Shown: positions 61,988-64,000 of the stretch, one piece after another | How positions within the stretch are numbered: the first letter of the stretch is position 1 | How the letters are laid out: each line of letters begins with the position of its first letter | Source of the DNA: Vicugna vicugna | Lineage: Eukaryota | Direction: 5' to 3' | DNA length: 64,000 nucleotides | Assembly: GCA_013265495.1 (NCBI GenBank) | Contig: MU058654.1 | Span: 1-64,000 of the forward strand | Program-made: the position numbers and the translations under genes | Notes under the pieces: generated by a model | Database searches by the model: none | Seen by the model: only the letters and a program-made list of their open reading frames with translations | What the model was told of the DNA's origin: nothing

Positions 61988-62025
61988 CTTATGCTTGATT
62001 TTATTTCTTATGCTTGATTTTATTT
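61988..62025. repeat. Perfect 19-bp tandem duplication
   Basis: cttatgcttgattttattt twice. Confidence 0.9.
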
Positions 62026-63574
62026 GGCATGTTGCTATCATTTGTTGGATTTCTTAGGTCTTTTGCCATTGAAATCATGAGAACCAGTCTGGGTGACACA
62101 AAAGGCTCTGTAAGGTGTTAGTTTCATAACACCTGGAAAGGAATAACATCTCAGCTGCTTTGAAAGGACTACAGTGATCCTGTTGAAATAGAGTTTGGAG
62201 TCCTATAGATCATGGCTGTCCTCCATAAATGTTGACAATAGAATGGCCAGGCTGTACCTTTTTCATCTGGCCAGCCTGGGGCAAAGTCAGGATTAAGATG
62301 TAAAGCTTTTCATAGCTGTCTTAACTATAACAGTTAGAAGCTTTTCAAGAAGAGTCATAGTGAGGTCACAGTAACTCATTTCAAACGTCATATATGGCAA
62401 AATGTGGGACACCACGGAATTGATTCTCTTCTATAAGAGTTACCATTGATTTTCCTTTTTCAAATTCGAGCCTGGTTAAATTTTTATTTGAAATGGTAAC
62501 AGTACTCTTCTCATCGTTTTGCTAGAAATGAATGTTTATAATCAAGAATACACTGCCTTCTTTTTAGGTCTGTGGACTGTATTTATGAAGTTCTCTCAAG
62601 GTCTCAATTTTGTTTAAAGAAAAGAGATCACTTTTCATCGTCTATGAGATCAGGTCACCTCTCACTTTGAGCCAATTCTGTTTATTGTTCATTCTTGATA
62701 TTACCCAGTTTCAGAAATTTTCAACGGATGGAAAAAAAAAAGCTAATTAATATGTACTAAAAAAATTCTGTCAAAATGTCAAAATGGACATGAATCATTT
62801 CTGAAGGATTAGCTTGGGTGAAACAAGGGGCAAAAGAAATTGAATTAAAAAAGGAAGGAGGGGGTCCTTAAATATCCATGCTTAGGTTAAGATAAAGCCA
62901 TATAGCAAAACGGGGGTAGATCTGTTTGTTGTATTCCTGAGTTGTAGATAGTTCAATTGAGCAGAAAGAAAGTATTGCTAATAAGCTTCCTCAGGTATGA
63001 TCACAGGTTGTCAAGTGGGGCAGTAAATTAATCCACTGGGCAGATGACCACCAAGAGCCATTTGGGGATAATGTTATATTGCAAGCTGCCATAAGGAAGC
63101 TGCTGCTAAATTGTCAAAATTGCACATTAAAACAATTGCTTAACTGGATGTGCTGGACCTACCAGGAATTAAATACTTTTATCTCTGTCCAGAGCATACA
63201 GTTTGGAAGTTGAAAGACCTTAGCATTTTATCATCGTGTGCCTTAGACCACTGAGTTTAGGTACAAGCATTTAAAAAATAAATAAATATTAAGTAAAGCT
63301 TACTTTAAAAAAGAGGAGGAAAAAATCCTTCTCCTGGGCAAGGATCAGGTGGGTGATGCCTCTCAGGACAAGTTTTAACAGGGAGGGTGAAGGCATAGTT
63401 AGATTAGTGGATGAGACACAAACCCTAAGGAGTGTGCACAAGTTGGATGGGGGTTGAGAGTTGAGTTGGAGACCAAGTTCTGTATCCCAGCAGAGTTCAA
63501 AACGTCCTTGAAATAGAGCCCAGAAAAAGAAACATCAGTAACAAAGAGTTGAAATTAAGGGTAGAGAAGAAGGA

Positions 63575-63840
63575 AAGGGGAAAGCCAAGGTAGGTCAAGT
63601 GGAAGTTCGAGATTTGCAGATAGTAACTACTACATATGAAATCGATAAACACGTTTCTACTGTGTAGCACAGGGAACTATATTCAATATCTTGTAGTAAC
63701 CTATAATGAAAAGGAATATGAAAACAAGTGTACGTATGTATGTATATGTATGACTGAAACATGATGCTGTACACCAGACATTGACACAACACTGTAAACT
63801 GACTATACTTCAGTAAAATAAATAAATAAAAATTTAAAAA
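63575..63840 (+). mobile_element. L1 3' UTR fragment, older subfamily
   Basis: gagatttgcagatagtaactac...gtagcacagggaactatattcaatatcttgtagtaacctataatg...ctgactatacttcagtaaaataaataaa. 5' boundary and TSD uncertain. Confidence 0.88.
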
Positions 63841-64000
63841 TCAAGGAAAAAAGTGAAGTGGGAAGGGGGGCATGGTCCTCAGCAACTGCTTCACACAGAG
63901 GCTGTTGTTTCTGGTGCATTGGAAACTAAGTAAAACAAACAAACAAACAAACAAAAACACTAAAAGGTTTGACCCAAATCAAATGGGATCTATTTTCTGT

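Noticed and set aside
1..64000. A novel multi-gene or RT-associated biological system
   Set aside because: The only substantial ORF is a canonical LINE-1 ORF2; no partner genes, structured RNA arrays or domesticated viral ORFs could be supported from the sequence.

Overview
Mammalian genomic DNA (AT-rich, CpG-depleted) with no recognisable host protein-coding exon, RNA gene or CRISPR array. The young LINE-1 3' UTR family and the absence of any recognisable young tRNA/7SL SINE suggest a camelid-like cetartiodactyl; this is my recognition, not a database result. The left ~39 kb is packed with retroelements: a 4-kb 5'-truncated young L1 with an uninterrupted 1213-codon ORF2 (14413-18395), four 5'-inverted (twin-primed) L1 insertions including an 85-bp miniature, several short L1 3' ends with target-site duplications (TSDs), an internally deleted ERVL provirus and solo LTRs. 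The right ~25 kb is mostly unique sequence with old MIR/L2/DNA-transposon relics, a near-consensus CTCF motif and enhancer-like blocks. There are two N gaps, one with an artefactual flanking duplication. I see no convincing new multi-gene system. The best leads are L1 integration oddities, a splice acceptor created directly in front of the intact ORF2, and candidate non-coding exons and enhancers. Old-repeat family names and boundaries are by eye and approximate.
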